Positions 10,081-18,957 of a stretch of 64,000 nt of DNA are shown here, piece by piece. The stretch comes from Oligoflexia bacterium (lineage in GTDB: Bacteria; Bdellovibrionota; Bdellovibrionia; JABDDW01): positions 120 through 64,119 of the forward strand of contig JAHFAE010000004.1 in assembly GCA_023250675.1 (NCBI GenBank). Direction: 5' to 3'. Below the pieces are notes generated by a model. That model saw nothing but the letters and a program-made list of their open reading frames with translations. It made no database searches and had not been told where the DNA came from. The translations under genes and the position numbers were made by a program. Every line of letters starts with the position of its first letter. The stretch's first letter is position 1.

Positions 10081-10659
10081 TTAGTTTAGAACTTGAAGCT
10101 GGCTCTTTAAAATAGCGACAGATAAGAACGGAACAAACATGAGGATCAAAAAGACAAGAATATTTTCAATATCTGGTTGAGCCATCGACGTTTCGGCATT
10201 GTTCACCAAGGCGCAGCTTGTTTTTGAAAGCATATTTGTATTTCTCAAATCAAAATCATTTGCCTGAAGTGCTTGATTTTGCCCACCAGACGATCCACCG
10301 CCGCCTCCACCACCCGCAGAAATATCGGGCACGTTATTGGGGTTACTCATGGGGTCACCGGGGTTACTTCCGGCCATAATCTCTTGAATATTAGCAAAAC
10401 CGTCGACGTCTGAATCAACAGCTTCGATACCTGTGATGGATGTGGCTTGGTTTCTTCCCATTGCTTTGTAATTGACACCGTAAGCAGTTAAGTTCGTATT
10501 AACCGCAATATTCTTGTGGCAAATGGCGCAACTGAAATTGGAAAACGAGCGAGAACTTGGGTAGAGGGAATTAAAAAGGGCGGCGTCCCCAGTGTTTGCT
10601 CCCGCGAGCAATGGGCCCATACCTGATATAATAAATGTGGTGATTATGCTAATTTTCAT
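10081..10659 (-). CDS. Exported monoheme c-type cytochrome with TSP3-like Ca-binding motif and C-terminal membrane anchor/sorting-like segment
   Basis: Signal peptide, CAICH, DSDVDGFANIQEIMAGSNPGDP, Gly linker, SC motif then a hydrophobic helix and LKSQ tail. Confidence 0.7.
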   Translation of the reverse strand: MKISIITTFIISGMGPLLAGANTGDAALFNSLYPSSRSFSNFSCAICHKNIAVNTNLTAYGVNYKAMGRNQATSITGIEAVDSDVDGFANIQEIMAGSNPGDPMSNPNNVPDISAGGGGGGGSSGGQNQALQANDFDLRNTNMLSKTSCALVNNAETSMAQPDIENILVFLILMFVPFLSVAILKSQLQVLN

Positions 10660-10685
10660 GTCCCCCCCTTATTATCGATATACTA

Positions 10686-10701
10686 AGCAATTCCGATACC
10701 A
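10686..10701 (-). promoter_or_regulatory. Sigma-54 (-24/-12) promoter for the leftward operon
   Basis: Minus strand TGGTATCGGAATTGCT: GG-N10-GC, 27 nt before ATG 10659. Confidence 0.65.
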
Positions 10702-10831
10702 CGGGGGCCCGTTCGTTATAACAGGCCCACAACTGTATAACTATTTGATACTCAAGATGTATTTATCTAAGAATGAGCTCGTAAACCCCTATGACTCATA
10801 GCGAAAACAAATTTTCAATTTTAAATGTAAA

Positions 10832-10848
10832 AGTCAGGCAATTAGACA
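10832..10848. promoter_or_regulatory. Candidate activator site GTC-N9-GACA
   Basis: AGTCAGGCAATTAGACA, ~40 nt upstream of the sigma-54 GG at 10887; similar 17-mers at 54708 and 63599. Confidence 0.4.
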
Positions 10849-10885
10849 GTCTGCCTAACTCTAAAGCATTTTAAAGCTGCTTGGG

Positions 10886-10901
10886 CGGCACGGCCTTTGC
10901 T
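10886..10901 (+). promoter_or_regulatory. Sigma-54 promoter for the rightward operon
   Basis: CGGCACGGCCTTTGCT, near-consensus TGGCAC-N5-TTGC, upstream of RBS GGGGGAG and ATG 10928. Confidence 0.8.
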
Positions 10902-10927
10902 CAATACATCGTTACAGGGGGAGAACA

Positions 10928-12223
10928 ATGAAAGCATATTATGTTATCGCACTCATCGCCATAGCGCTGCTTTCGGGATCAAGTGTTAAAACGCAAACCG
11001 CCACACTTGGATTGACTGACACCATCACCGCCGCTCGCGTCACCGCAAGAACAATGTTTGCTAGAATCACTGGAACCATTCCTCCAATCGAATCTCAAGA
11101 TCTAACTAACATGGAAAATTTAATTGCGGCGGGTAAGCGATTTGAAGCTGCTAAGATAGCAACCGAAAACGACAATTTCTATAATGTAACTGTTCGAAAC
11201 CTCGCATCAACGATGTCCAATCGTGATTTACAGGTGAATGTTGCTACCAACGACTTCGTGGCAACTGTTATTGGGAATGTTCGCGATCACCTCAATGCAA
11301 AAGAACTTCTCACAGGCGACTACATATATATGGGTGATCCGAGCAAAATAAATGGCCAAGTGCAGACGAATTTTGTGAACGACGTGCTCAATTCAAACAA
11401 TCACTATATTTCTCTAGATAGCATGAAAGTAAATTTGAGGACGGCGTTGAAAAAAGTTCCTCAAATGATTTTTTCTCGTAGTGGAATGGCCGTAAATCAC
11501 CCTGAACCTGCAGGTCTTTTAACTTCACGGGCCTTTGGGTCTTCACATTTAAGGGCGGGAACAAATCGTCGGGCCGTCCAATTCGCATTTAGCCAGTTTC
11601 TTTGCATCAATATTGACCAGATGGCCGATTCTCAAGGGCCAACAAATATGATTTCACAAGACGTCACTCGAATTCCTCAGGGTGATCCAACAATTTTTGA
11701 CAATAAATGCCGAAGTTGCCACACCATGCTTGATGGAATGCGACCGGCCTTTGCACATTTTGATTATATCGATATGGATAATACATTTGTAAGAAATCTC
11801 TTGGTTCTCGATGCAAATACAAACCTGGGCGGAACTCCAGGAAATAACCAAATCAAACTCGATTTACAAACAGGATTGCCACAAAAATATTATTCTAACA
11901 AAACCGTATTTCCTCAAGGCTACGTGGTGTCGAGTACCAATTGGGTCAATAACGCTACGTCGGGCACCGACGCCGACTTTTTTGGATGGCGCGGGAATAC
12001 TACAGGTTCTGGAATCCAAACCTTTGCAAAAATGTTAGCTGATTCCCAAGCCTTCAGCCGCTGTATGGTTAAACGAGTTTTTCAATCGGTTTGCAACCGT
12101 GAACCCGCCGTTGCTGATAAGGATTTGGTCAGTGCGCTAGCTATGAATTTCGAAGAAAACAACTATCGAATTAAGGGATTGTTTGAGCAAGTTTCAGCTC
12201 GCCCAGAATGTTTGGGGAACTAA
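10928..12223 (+). CDS. Exported heme c protein with C-terminal DUF1585 (PSD2)-like domain
   Basis: Signal peptide, CRSCH, C-terminal FSRCMVKRVFQSVCNREP...LAMNFEENNYRIKGLFEQV typical of planctomycete/myxobacterial PSD-family proteins. Confidence 0.7.
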   Translation: MKAYYVIALIAIALLSGSSVKTQTATLGLTDTITAARVTARTMFARITGTIPPIESQDLTNMENLIAAGKRFEAAKIATENDNFYNVTVRNLASTMSNRDLQVNVATNDFVATVIGNVRDHLNAKELLTGDYIYMGDPSKINGQVQTNFVNDVLNSNNHYISLDSMKVNLRTALKKVPQMIFSRSGMAVNHPEPAGLLTSRAFGSSHLRAGTNRRAVQFAFSQFLCINIDQMADSQGPTNMISQDVTRIPQGDPTIFDNKCRSCHTMLDGMRPAFAHFDYIDMDNTFVRNLLVLDANTNLGGTPGNNQIKLDLQTGLPQKYYSNKTVFPQGYVVSSTNWVNNATSGTDADFFGWRGNTTGSGIQTFAKMLADSQAFSRCMVKRVFQSVCNREPAVADKDLVSALAMNFEENNYRIKGLFEQVSARPECLGN

Positions 12224-12224
12224 T

Positions 12225-12905
12225 ATGAAGACACTTTTATTATTGAAGATATTTATGCTGCTCATGATGTTTTCTCTTACGGCATGCTTTAATCTTTCGC
12301 CCCAAACCAGAAGTATGACGTCTAATGATTCATTGCCTGACGACCAACTCTATGATCTGCAAAAAATGGATTTTGCTACTGGAACACCTGTGCAAACAGC
12401 ACAGGTCCTCAATTTTCGCGGCGTCTCAAAATCATTTGAAAATTTAACTGGCTCATCTGTGGTGGATCTTGGAGCGGGCGAGCCAAACGTTACTAACGAT
12501 ATGCCTACTTATTCGTTAAGCGGGGCGCCGGGCTCCATAACAGCTTCGATGCTTTACAATGAAGTAAAATTGGCTGCGGGCCTTTGTTTGCTCACGGTTA
12601 GAAAAGAAAGGGCCATGGCACCAGCTGCAAGAAAGTTTTTTGCTCTTTTAGATTTTACGGCGCCTTCGTCAAATCAAAATATGGTTTCAGCTATTAAAGA
12701 TGCCGCAAATCGGGTGTCTCGAACCATTTGCGGGAGTAATGCTGACTCTGCAACTCAAGACATGGTTCAGACCGAAATCGCATCGTCATTTGCTCCAACT
12801 GATTCTTTGGTCACTGAGGGCACTTATTACTCTAACGTCGTGGACAGTGCTTTAATGGTTTGTACTTCGTTTTTATCAAGTAGTTGCGCTTTGGTGAATA
12901 ACTAG
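12225..12905 (+). CDS. Lipoprotein, partner of the DUF1585-like protein (DUF1595/PSD-like helical C-terminus)
   Basis: ATG 1 nt after the upstream stop (track start 12183 overlaps the previous gene); lipobox SLTAC; ends ALMVCTSFLSSSCALVNN. Confidence 0.6.
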   Translation: MKTLLLLKIFMLLMMFSLTACFNLSPQTRSMTSNDSLPDDQLYDLQKMDFATGTPVQTAQVLNFRGVSKSFENLTGSSVVDLGAGEPNVTNDMPTYSLSGAPGSITASMLYNEVKLAAGLCLLTVRKERAMAPAARKFFALLDFTAPSSNQNMVSAIKDAANRVSRTICGSNADSATQDMVQTEIASSFAPTDSLVTEGTYYSNVVDSALMVCTSFLSSSCALVNN

Positions 12906-12929
12906 AGTTTTTAAAAAGAGGACGTGCTT

Positions 12930-14360
12930 ATGAGCGGTCATCAACATAAAAAACCGGTAACAAGAAGAGATTTCTTATCTTCAGGCCTCATTCAGGGTAC
13001 GGGCTATATGATGTTGCCATCGGTCCTTGATATTTTACTGAATCATGGCATCGCTCGCGCTCAGGCCGTCTGTGCTTCAACGGGCGCAAATAATATGCCT
13101 GCTCTTATTACAATAGACGCTTCCGGTGGAGCTTGCTTTGCTTGGGATATTCCGCCCATGGACGCAGGTAATAATCCATTGTCATCATACAGTCGTCTCG
13201 GTTTAGGAACAGCGCCAACAACAATTCAAACTTTATTTGCCAATGCCATTAAACGATCTACGACGGGAACAATGATTCCCCAAGTTGAGATAACATTAAA
13301 TAGCGCAACCGTTACAACGGCTACGAGTGGCGCCAATGCTACGACTATTTTAGGAAAAACAACTTGCATTCCCATTTGGACTTCTTCTCGAGACGACTCA
13401 TCAACGGTCGCCAACGGAATCCAAACAGCGGCCATAAACGCTGGTCTTAACGGTAAACTTAAACTTTTAGGAACTCGGGATTCTAAAACCGGAGTTGCCG
13501 ACGTAGATGCTTTTGATCTTCCTTCGGTGACGCCTTTTATTCCTCGTTCTATCGACGACATTGTCAATTCTTTGGGTGCGCCGGCCTCAGGAGCCTTTGG
13601 TCGATTGGCTCAAAATAAAAGAGATAGCCTCATGAAAATTATCAAAAATCTCAATTCGAACCAAGCCCGGCAATTAGCAGCTGCCAGTGGCGGACAAACA
13701 GCGGTTGATCTCATTGGCTGCTCCCACGATCAAAATATTGTTATCACTCAAAGTCCTCCCACGGGGGACCCAAGATCAAGTGCTATCGCGCCAATTTGGA
13801 ATATAGCCGCTAACACGGCACCTACAGCGACAAACGCTGTTCGTGCTGGAATGGTTTTAGCTGCCTTGACTGGGAATTCGGGTCCACTAGGAATTGAGAT
13901 GGGTGGTTATGATTACCATGGTCAGGGTCAAACAGTTCAAAACAATCAGCATACGGCTCTTGGAACTTTAATTGGGCAAATTCTTGCCAGTGCGCAAGTT
14001 TTAAATCGAGACGTTTTTATTTATTTAATTACCGATGGTGCTACAGATTCAACAGATTCAGCCACTCCAGCCGCCCCCCAAGGTGATTCTGGTCAGAATG
14101 GTGGCAATATCATGTTTATGTTCAAAGCCAACGGCGCTGTGATTCCAGCGACCAAGCAACAAGTTGGTTACTTTAATGGTTCCCAGCAAAATGATCCTGG
14201 TTCGCCCTCTGAGAACATTCAGATGGGGTCTATTTCAGCACTTGTTAACTATCTTGGCTTTGCCGGTGGGATGACCAAGGTCAACACAGTGACGTCATTA
14301 ATCCCCAGCATGAATTTAAGTAGTGCTCAGATTCTGGCGTTGTTGGCGCTAGGGGTTTAG
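12930..14360 (+). CDS. Tat-exported DUF1501/DUF1552-like protein (family often mislabelled 'general secretion pathway protein GspF')
   Basis: Twin-arginine TRRDFL signal; GGA.FA, GGYDYH, YLITDG and GDSG motifs; RBS AAGAGGA; no PilC/GspF membrane architecture. Confidence 0.65.
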   Translation: MSGHQHKKPVTRRDFLSSGLIQGTGYMMLPSVLDILLNHGIARAQAVCASTGANNMPALITIDASGGACFAWDIPPMDAGNNPLSSYSRLGLGTAPTTIQTLFANAIKRSTTGTMIPQVEITLNSATVTTATSGANATTILGKTTCIPIWTSSRDDSSTVANGIQTAAINAGLNGKLKLLGTRDSKTGVADVDAFDLPSVTPFIPRSIDDIVNSLGAPASGAFGRLAQNKRDSLMKIIKNLNSNQARQLAAASGGQTAVDLIGCSHDQNIVITQSPPTGDPRSSAIAPIWNIAANTAPTATNAVRAGMVLAALTGNSGPLGIEMGGYDYHGQGQTVQNNQHTALGTLIGQILASAQVLNRDVFIYLITDGATDSTDSATPAAPQGDSGQNGGNIMFMFKANGAVIPATKQQVGYFNGSQQNDPGSPSENIQMGSISALVNYLGFAGGMTKVNTVTSLIPSMNLSSAQILALLALGV

Positions 14361-14460
14361 TCGACTTGCCGCGTTTGTTTGTTTGCCAACGTTCCCATTT
14401 AGCCACATCCATGCAACTTTTAATCTCAGTTTCTTAACCAGCAAAACCATATTAGTAGAT

Positions 14461-14498
14461 CGCCGTCCGCTGAGACCCATGAAGGTCTCGCGGCGGCG
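14461..14498. repeat. GC-rich REP-like hairpin, divergent member of the 34330/48481 family
   Basis: CGCCG-T-CCGC-T-GAGACC-CATGAA-GGTCTC-GCGG-CGGCG. Confidence 0.55.
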
Positions 14499-14680
14499 GC
14501 CTCAGCAATTTAGTCGAAGCATTTAGGATACAGATTACCTTACTGTCGTTATTCTTTTTTATTTTCCCCATGTTATTTTGCGCAATCAAGAATTACATTT
14601 TACGGCCTTTTGCTCATAAGATATGCGGTGTTTCTCTAGGATTCCAGTATCTTAGAGAGATTCCATTGCCCTTAGGTGGA

Positions 14681-17600
14681 ATGTTTTTTGCTCAGATTTT
14701 AGGTGTGCAAAAGGTTAATGCCAAAATCTATATTCTTGCGCTTTTGTTAAGCGTCTTCTCTTTTCAAACAAAAGCTATTGAGGAGCCGTCTCAATTTCAA
14801 TTTACAAATTCAGTTTCTGATTTAAGTGACGCCGATTTTTCAAATTACCTGGGTAGCCAAGTTCATAAAGTTTCAGAATTTCAATTTATTCAGCAAGAAG
14901 CACAGAAATTGGGTGTTCGAGCCTGGCTCTTCGGCGGTACTGCTGCTGCCTTTGCCCATTACACCCATTGGGATCTCATGCGCCTGGCTGGCGACCAACG
15001 TTTTCAAGCAAATCGGTTCGACTATCAGTACTTTAATATCTTCAGATCAACTCAAGATCTGGACATCGTCATAGATGGCACCCCTGGCCAAGTGCTAACG
15101 ATAGAGAATCTAATTCGTGAAAAATTTGATTACATGCAGGGGTCACGATCAGCATGGGAGGTCCGGGCCCTTCGATATTCGCGCGGTCAGGTCTCTGACC
15201 CGGGTTTCAAAGAAGCCCTTCTTCGTGATCCAGACTTTCTAAATCAAAATACCGACTCTCATTCCACAGGAATGATTGAAATCACCTCTGTTCCTGAAGG
15301 AGAATTTCCGGTTAAAGACCTACGTGATTGGGATTCAGAATACCCAGTTTTTCTGAAAGACGTCAAACTAGGCAAAATTCACTTTTACTTTTCAAACAAA
15401 CATGAAACCACTTCTCGCTTTAGAGCTGGGAATAACCCCCCTATTTTTTCGGCCATCAGAGTGTTAACTAAGGCATTTCAATTTGAACCGACACTTTGGG
15501 CAGACGATCTTCAGACCATCAAAAAAATAATAGAAGAATTTGATCCTCAAAAAGATCTGACCACGAATTTTGCGAAGAACTGGATCGAAAAAAATGCAAA
15601 AAAACTCATCATGCATGCCGTTAACGTGGAGTATGCGGTTAATCTAATGGAATCTTTGGGGCTCCGACAAAAGCTCATCTCCATCAGCAATCCTGCCGAA
15701 GTTAAATCCATGGGTTGGTGGCTCAATAAAGAACCCTTGCGATCATTCCCCTTGGGCAACGGAGATGGCAAAACTGCTCGAGAACTGGGTATAAAAATAG
15801 TCGCCCATGAAACTTCTGATTTTTTGGCCTATGAATCCCTGACACGAGCCCATACGGGAGACCCAAACGTCTTGATTTCCAGAAAAAACCAACCAGGTGA
15901 ATCCGCCAGTTTTGGGCCAGGCTTTTACACACTAAATGGACGAAAAGGTGCGAAGGAGACAGGATACACGATTCGATTTCGTTTGAATCCCCAAGCCAAA
16001 GAAGGAACTGACTTTGCAGTTGCCGGTGATATGATTCTCATTAAAAATAAATTGGCCATTAAAGTCATTCCACACAGCCTCAACTTAAGCCTTCCCAATT
16101 ATTTTCGAACAATTCAATTAGATACGACTATAAACAAAACTGACCGGGGGGTTGTAGAAAAATATAAACTGATCTTAAAAGCAAAAAAACCATCACAACT
16201 AGAGATTGATGAAACAGAAAAAATAGTACTCGCTGAAATTAAAAAACCGGTGCTTAACTATACTCTCCTTAAAGAGTGGTTTAGTATTATGGGTTTCAAT
16301 ACGAATTCAAGAATAGATAAAGGTATTAATTCTCGGCTTCAACGAGAATTAGAGCTTGAAGAACCCAATCAGGAATTTCTAAAAATAATTCTCCATCTTA
16401 ATAAAGCGGGTTTTAACATGGTCTTACCCTTAACTGTAAGAATGGCTGTCGCGACTCAAATGCATTCAAACCGAGACTGGGGGGACCTCAAAGTTTTGAT
16501 CACAGAATCGAAATCTCTAAACCCTTCTCGACAGGATTTGGATGCTAGTGCCAAAATTGTGATTCGCGAACTCAACAAGAAAAATCCTAACATTGCAGTA
16601 TTGGATCTTTGGGAACATATCCCTGGGACTAAAGGGAATGAGCAAGTGGCTCGGATTTTTACCGAAAAGATAAAAAGCGAAATCGAAAAATCCAACCCCA
16701 ACTCCTATTTGATCTGGAGTTGGTTAGGTATCGAAGATAGGCCCCATGCTGTCGTGGAGACAATATTAAAGAAAATCAACGATCAACTTCGATCAAATCA
16801 GCCAGAAGTGACAGTGTTGTCGGCCCTTATGGATAGCTTTCCCAGCCGTTATGTATTTGAAAACTCCCCTGCAATTCAGGAAATTCGAAAATTTGTAACT
16901 CCACCAAAGTATTTTGAAATCATAAGTAGGTACCATTCGTACTTTCGAGCTTGGTCGCCTTTTAACGAAACCCTCAAAGCCATGATTGACTTGGACAAAC
17001 TCCAACTTACTTCAGCAGATGTCCAAGCCATTTCAAAAATCATAAGTCATGAAATTGAAAAATTGCTTGTGAATGATCACTACCTGGCCGATGCCGGCTC
17101 TTCAAGTTCTTTGATTCATGAGTGGGTCAAATTACCCGTGAGTCTCAACTTTCCTCATCTCGCATTAAAAGCTCTAAGACTTCCCAATATTCGCGGCGCC
17201 CATATTTTTTCACATTCGTTTCTTAATCAAAGTGATGATTCCATCTGGTTGAAGGATCTTAGATGGATTCCCCTTATTTTGGGTCAGAGACCCCCAGACC
17301 CCGAAAAGCTCCTTGAGAAACCCGAAGTTATCAATCTTGTATTGAGTATCTCCATGCTTTATAAATCTGAAGAAGTTAAAAAAATCATGCACCACCCTTC
17401 AATTCAAAATCTTTTTTCAACAATATATCATAATTCAGAATTCGATCATCTCGCTCTCTCCATTTTAGAACTTAAGGAGCGCAATGAAATGCCTGGAATA
17501 GGCTGGTCTCTGGCCATTGAACGAATGTTACGTGGTGAGAAGCGCGAAGCATTAATCTCTGTGGCCATGGAGGTTAGAAATGACGATATTTTGAAACGCG

Positions 17601-17983
17601 ATGCCGTTCAAAAAATCATAGCCGAAGAGGATTTTTGGTTAAAAATCAGAGGAGATAAAAAAAAGGACTCAGAACTCCAACTATCCTTTGGTAACGAAGA
17701 CGAAGACACTGGGAGTTTTTATGGTACGGTCTTAGTGAACCCAGAACTGCAATTGCGATTTTTGGAGGAAATAAATAAGCCTCTAAACGAATCCAATCAA
17801 GAATATTGGCGCCGTGCCATTGAAAATGCCCATATAACTGATCCAAGAGTCAAACGTGCCTTTCTACGATTAAGAATTCATGCGACCGGTGAAACTCAAT
17901 CTTGGGCAAGGGGTGCTTATAAAAAACTCTTTGGAAACCTACCCGAGAATTGCGCTGACCTATTAGCTAGTATCAATCAATAA
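14681..17983 (+). CDS. Large signal-peptide protein: nucleotidyltransferase (CCA/PAP-like) + ADP-ribosyltransferase-like domain + helical repeats
   Basis: Likely start ATG 14681 (AGGTGGA upstream) or GTG 14705; signal KIYILALLLSVFSFQTKA; WLFGG...DLDIVIDG; FLKDVKLGKI...RF...PP..AIRVL..AFQF; AHET...FGPGFYT; repeated I..EL.K..PN..LL..W. Confidence 0.6.
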   Translation: MFFAQILGVQKVNAKIYILALLLSVFSFQTKAIEEPSQFQFTNSVSDLSDADFSNYLGSQVHKVSEFQFIQQEAQKLGVRAWLFGGTAAAFAHYTHWDLMRLAGDQRFQANRFDYQYFNIFRSTQDLDIVIDGTPGQVLTIENLIREKFDYMQGSRSAWEVRALRYSRGQVSDPGFKEALLRDPDFLNQNTDSHSTGMIEITSVPEGEFPVKDLRDWDSEYPVFLKDVKLGKIHFYFSNKHETTSRFRAGNNPPIFSAIRVLTKAFQFEPTLWADDLQTIKKIIEEFDPQKDLTTNFAKNWIEKNAKKLIMHAVNVEYAVNLMESLGLRQKLISISNPAEVKSMGWWLNKEPLRSFPLGNGDGKTARELGIKIVAHETSDFLAYESLTRAHTGDPNVLISRKNQPGESASFGPGFYTLNGRKGAKETGYTIRFRLNPQAKEGTDFAVAGDMILIKNKLAIKVIPHSLNLSLPNYFRTIQLDTTINKTDRGVVEKYKLILKAKKPSQLEIDETEKIVLAEIKKPVLNYTLLKEWFSIMGFNTNSRIDKGINSRLQRELELEEPNQEFLKIILHLNKAGFNMVLPLTVRMAVATQMHSNRDWGDLKVLITESKSLNPSRQDLDASAKIVIRELNKKNPNIAVLDLWEHIPGTKGNEQVARIFTEKIKSEIEKSNPNSYLIWSWLGIEDRPHAVVETILKKINDQLRSNQPEVTVLSALMDSFPSRYVFENSPAIQEIRKFVTPPKYFEIISRYHSYFRAWSPFNETLKAMIDLDKLQLTSADVQAISKIISHEIEKLLVNDHYLADAGSSSSLIHEWVKLPVSLNFPHLALKALRLPNIRGAHIFSHSFLNQSDDSIWLKDLRWIPLILGQRPPDPEKLLEKPEVINLVLSISMLYKSEEVKKIMHHPSIQNLFSTIYHNSEFDHLALSILELKERNEMPGIGWSLAIERMLRGEKREALISVAMEVRNDDILKRDAVQKIIAEEDFWLKIRGDKKKDSELQLSFGNEDEDTGSFYGTVLVNPELQLRFLEEINKPLNESNQEYWRRAIENAHITDPRVKRAFLRLRIHATGETQSWARGAYKKLFGNLPENCADLLASINQ

Positions 17984-18105
17984 GCATTGGCCTTAAGCAT
18001 TGGTTCGCTCATGGCGTGCGTGATGATAGCTTGGCAACCCGCCTCATTGGAAATTTGTTCTATTTCATCCGCTTTTGGCCGGATAACGGACCTCAAATTG
18101 AAATA

Positions 18106-18133
18106 AAAGCAGTTCCAGGGTTGGAACTGCTTT
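18106..18133. terminator. Perfect 12-bp hairpin between convergent units, probable bidirectional terminator
   Basis: AAAGCAGTTCCA-GGGT-TGGAACTGCTTT. Confidence 0.6.
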
Positions 18134-18441
18134 GCATTAACTCCATTTTCCGCGGTCTGCTTGGTGCAAACCAATGGGCTTATGGAATAAACCCTCCTAT
18201 CAAAAGTAGGGGGCAGATATGAACAACAACCAAGTTGTTGTCTCTATCGAAAAAAAATGTAGAAAACTGAAGTTTTGGATTCGTTGCACGTTTGTGATTA
18301 TATCCATAATTAGGTTTCTACATTGGTTCTGGACCTTGATCCAATCGTTGGGGCTTTCTGTTGTGGGTGGCTCTTATTGCATTTACATGGAAGGCACTAA
18401 GCGACCGCGGCCCCTTCAACGACTTTCTAAATGGACAAACA

Positions 18442-18867
18442 CTATTGAGGCAAGACGTAATTGTTGACCCAATCGATCAAATTCTGAATCTGGGTGCTGC
18501 TATAGCGATTGCCGCCATGATACTCGCTCATAGGGTGAGTGATAAGAGTTTTATTCGTTGATTTTTGACCCAGAGAATATGAAATGCAGAGATTATTTTT
18601 TTGATCGATTGCCGTAGGATCAACAGAATGAATCTTAAAACGGGTCTTGTATTGCGCATATTCAACACTACTGCCATGGCAAGTCAGGCAGTTTTGATTT
18701 AAGTAGACTTGAGTAAACACATTGGTTTGAAAATTTGAAACGTCGGTATCTGTAGGCTTACAATTAAATGCTCCCACCGTATCTGATGAATTTTCCACCG
18801 CACAGCCAAATAAATTAATCAAAATAGTTAATATAAATGTCGTTTTCTTAATACTCTTTGTTTCCAT
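18442..18867 (-). CDS. Monoheme c-type cytochrome lipoprotein
   Basis: Lipobox LFGC; CLTCH; distal HP..HGG motif; ends ..LIDWVN. Confidence 0.7.
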   Translation of the reverse strand: METKSIKKTTFILTILINLFGCAVENSSDTVGAFNCKPTDTDVSNFQTNVFTQVYLNQNCLTCHGSSVEYAQYKTRFKIHSVDPTAIDQKNNLCISYSLGQKSTNKTLITHPMSEYHGGNRYSSTQIQNLIDWVNNYVLPQ

Positions 18868-18957
18868 TTTTCTCTATAGCCTGTCCAATTACTAACTTCT
18901 GCCCACTACTCTTTTTCTTCAGCTCTCTGATATTCGATACTTAAGTTTTTCTCACGG

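Noticed and set aside
12930-14360. Type II secretion GspF
   Set aside because: Has a Tat signal and soluble architecture, no PilC/GspF transmembrane pattern, and no other T2SS genes nearby
17977-18467. Short ORFs between the large effector-like gene and the cytochrome (possible immunity gene)
   Set aside because: All frames are short and interrupted, a terminator-like hairpin lies within them, and none has a convincing start or motif; a degraded gene cannot be excluded
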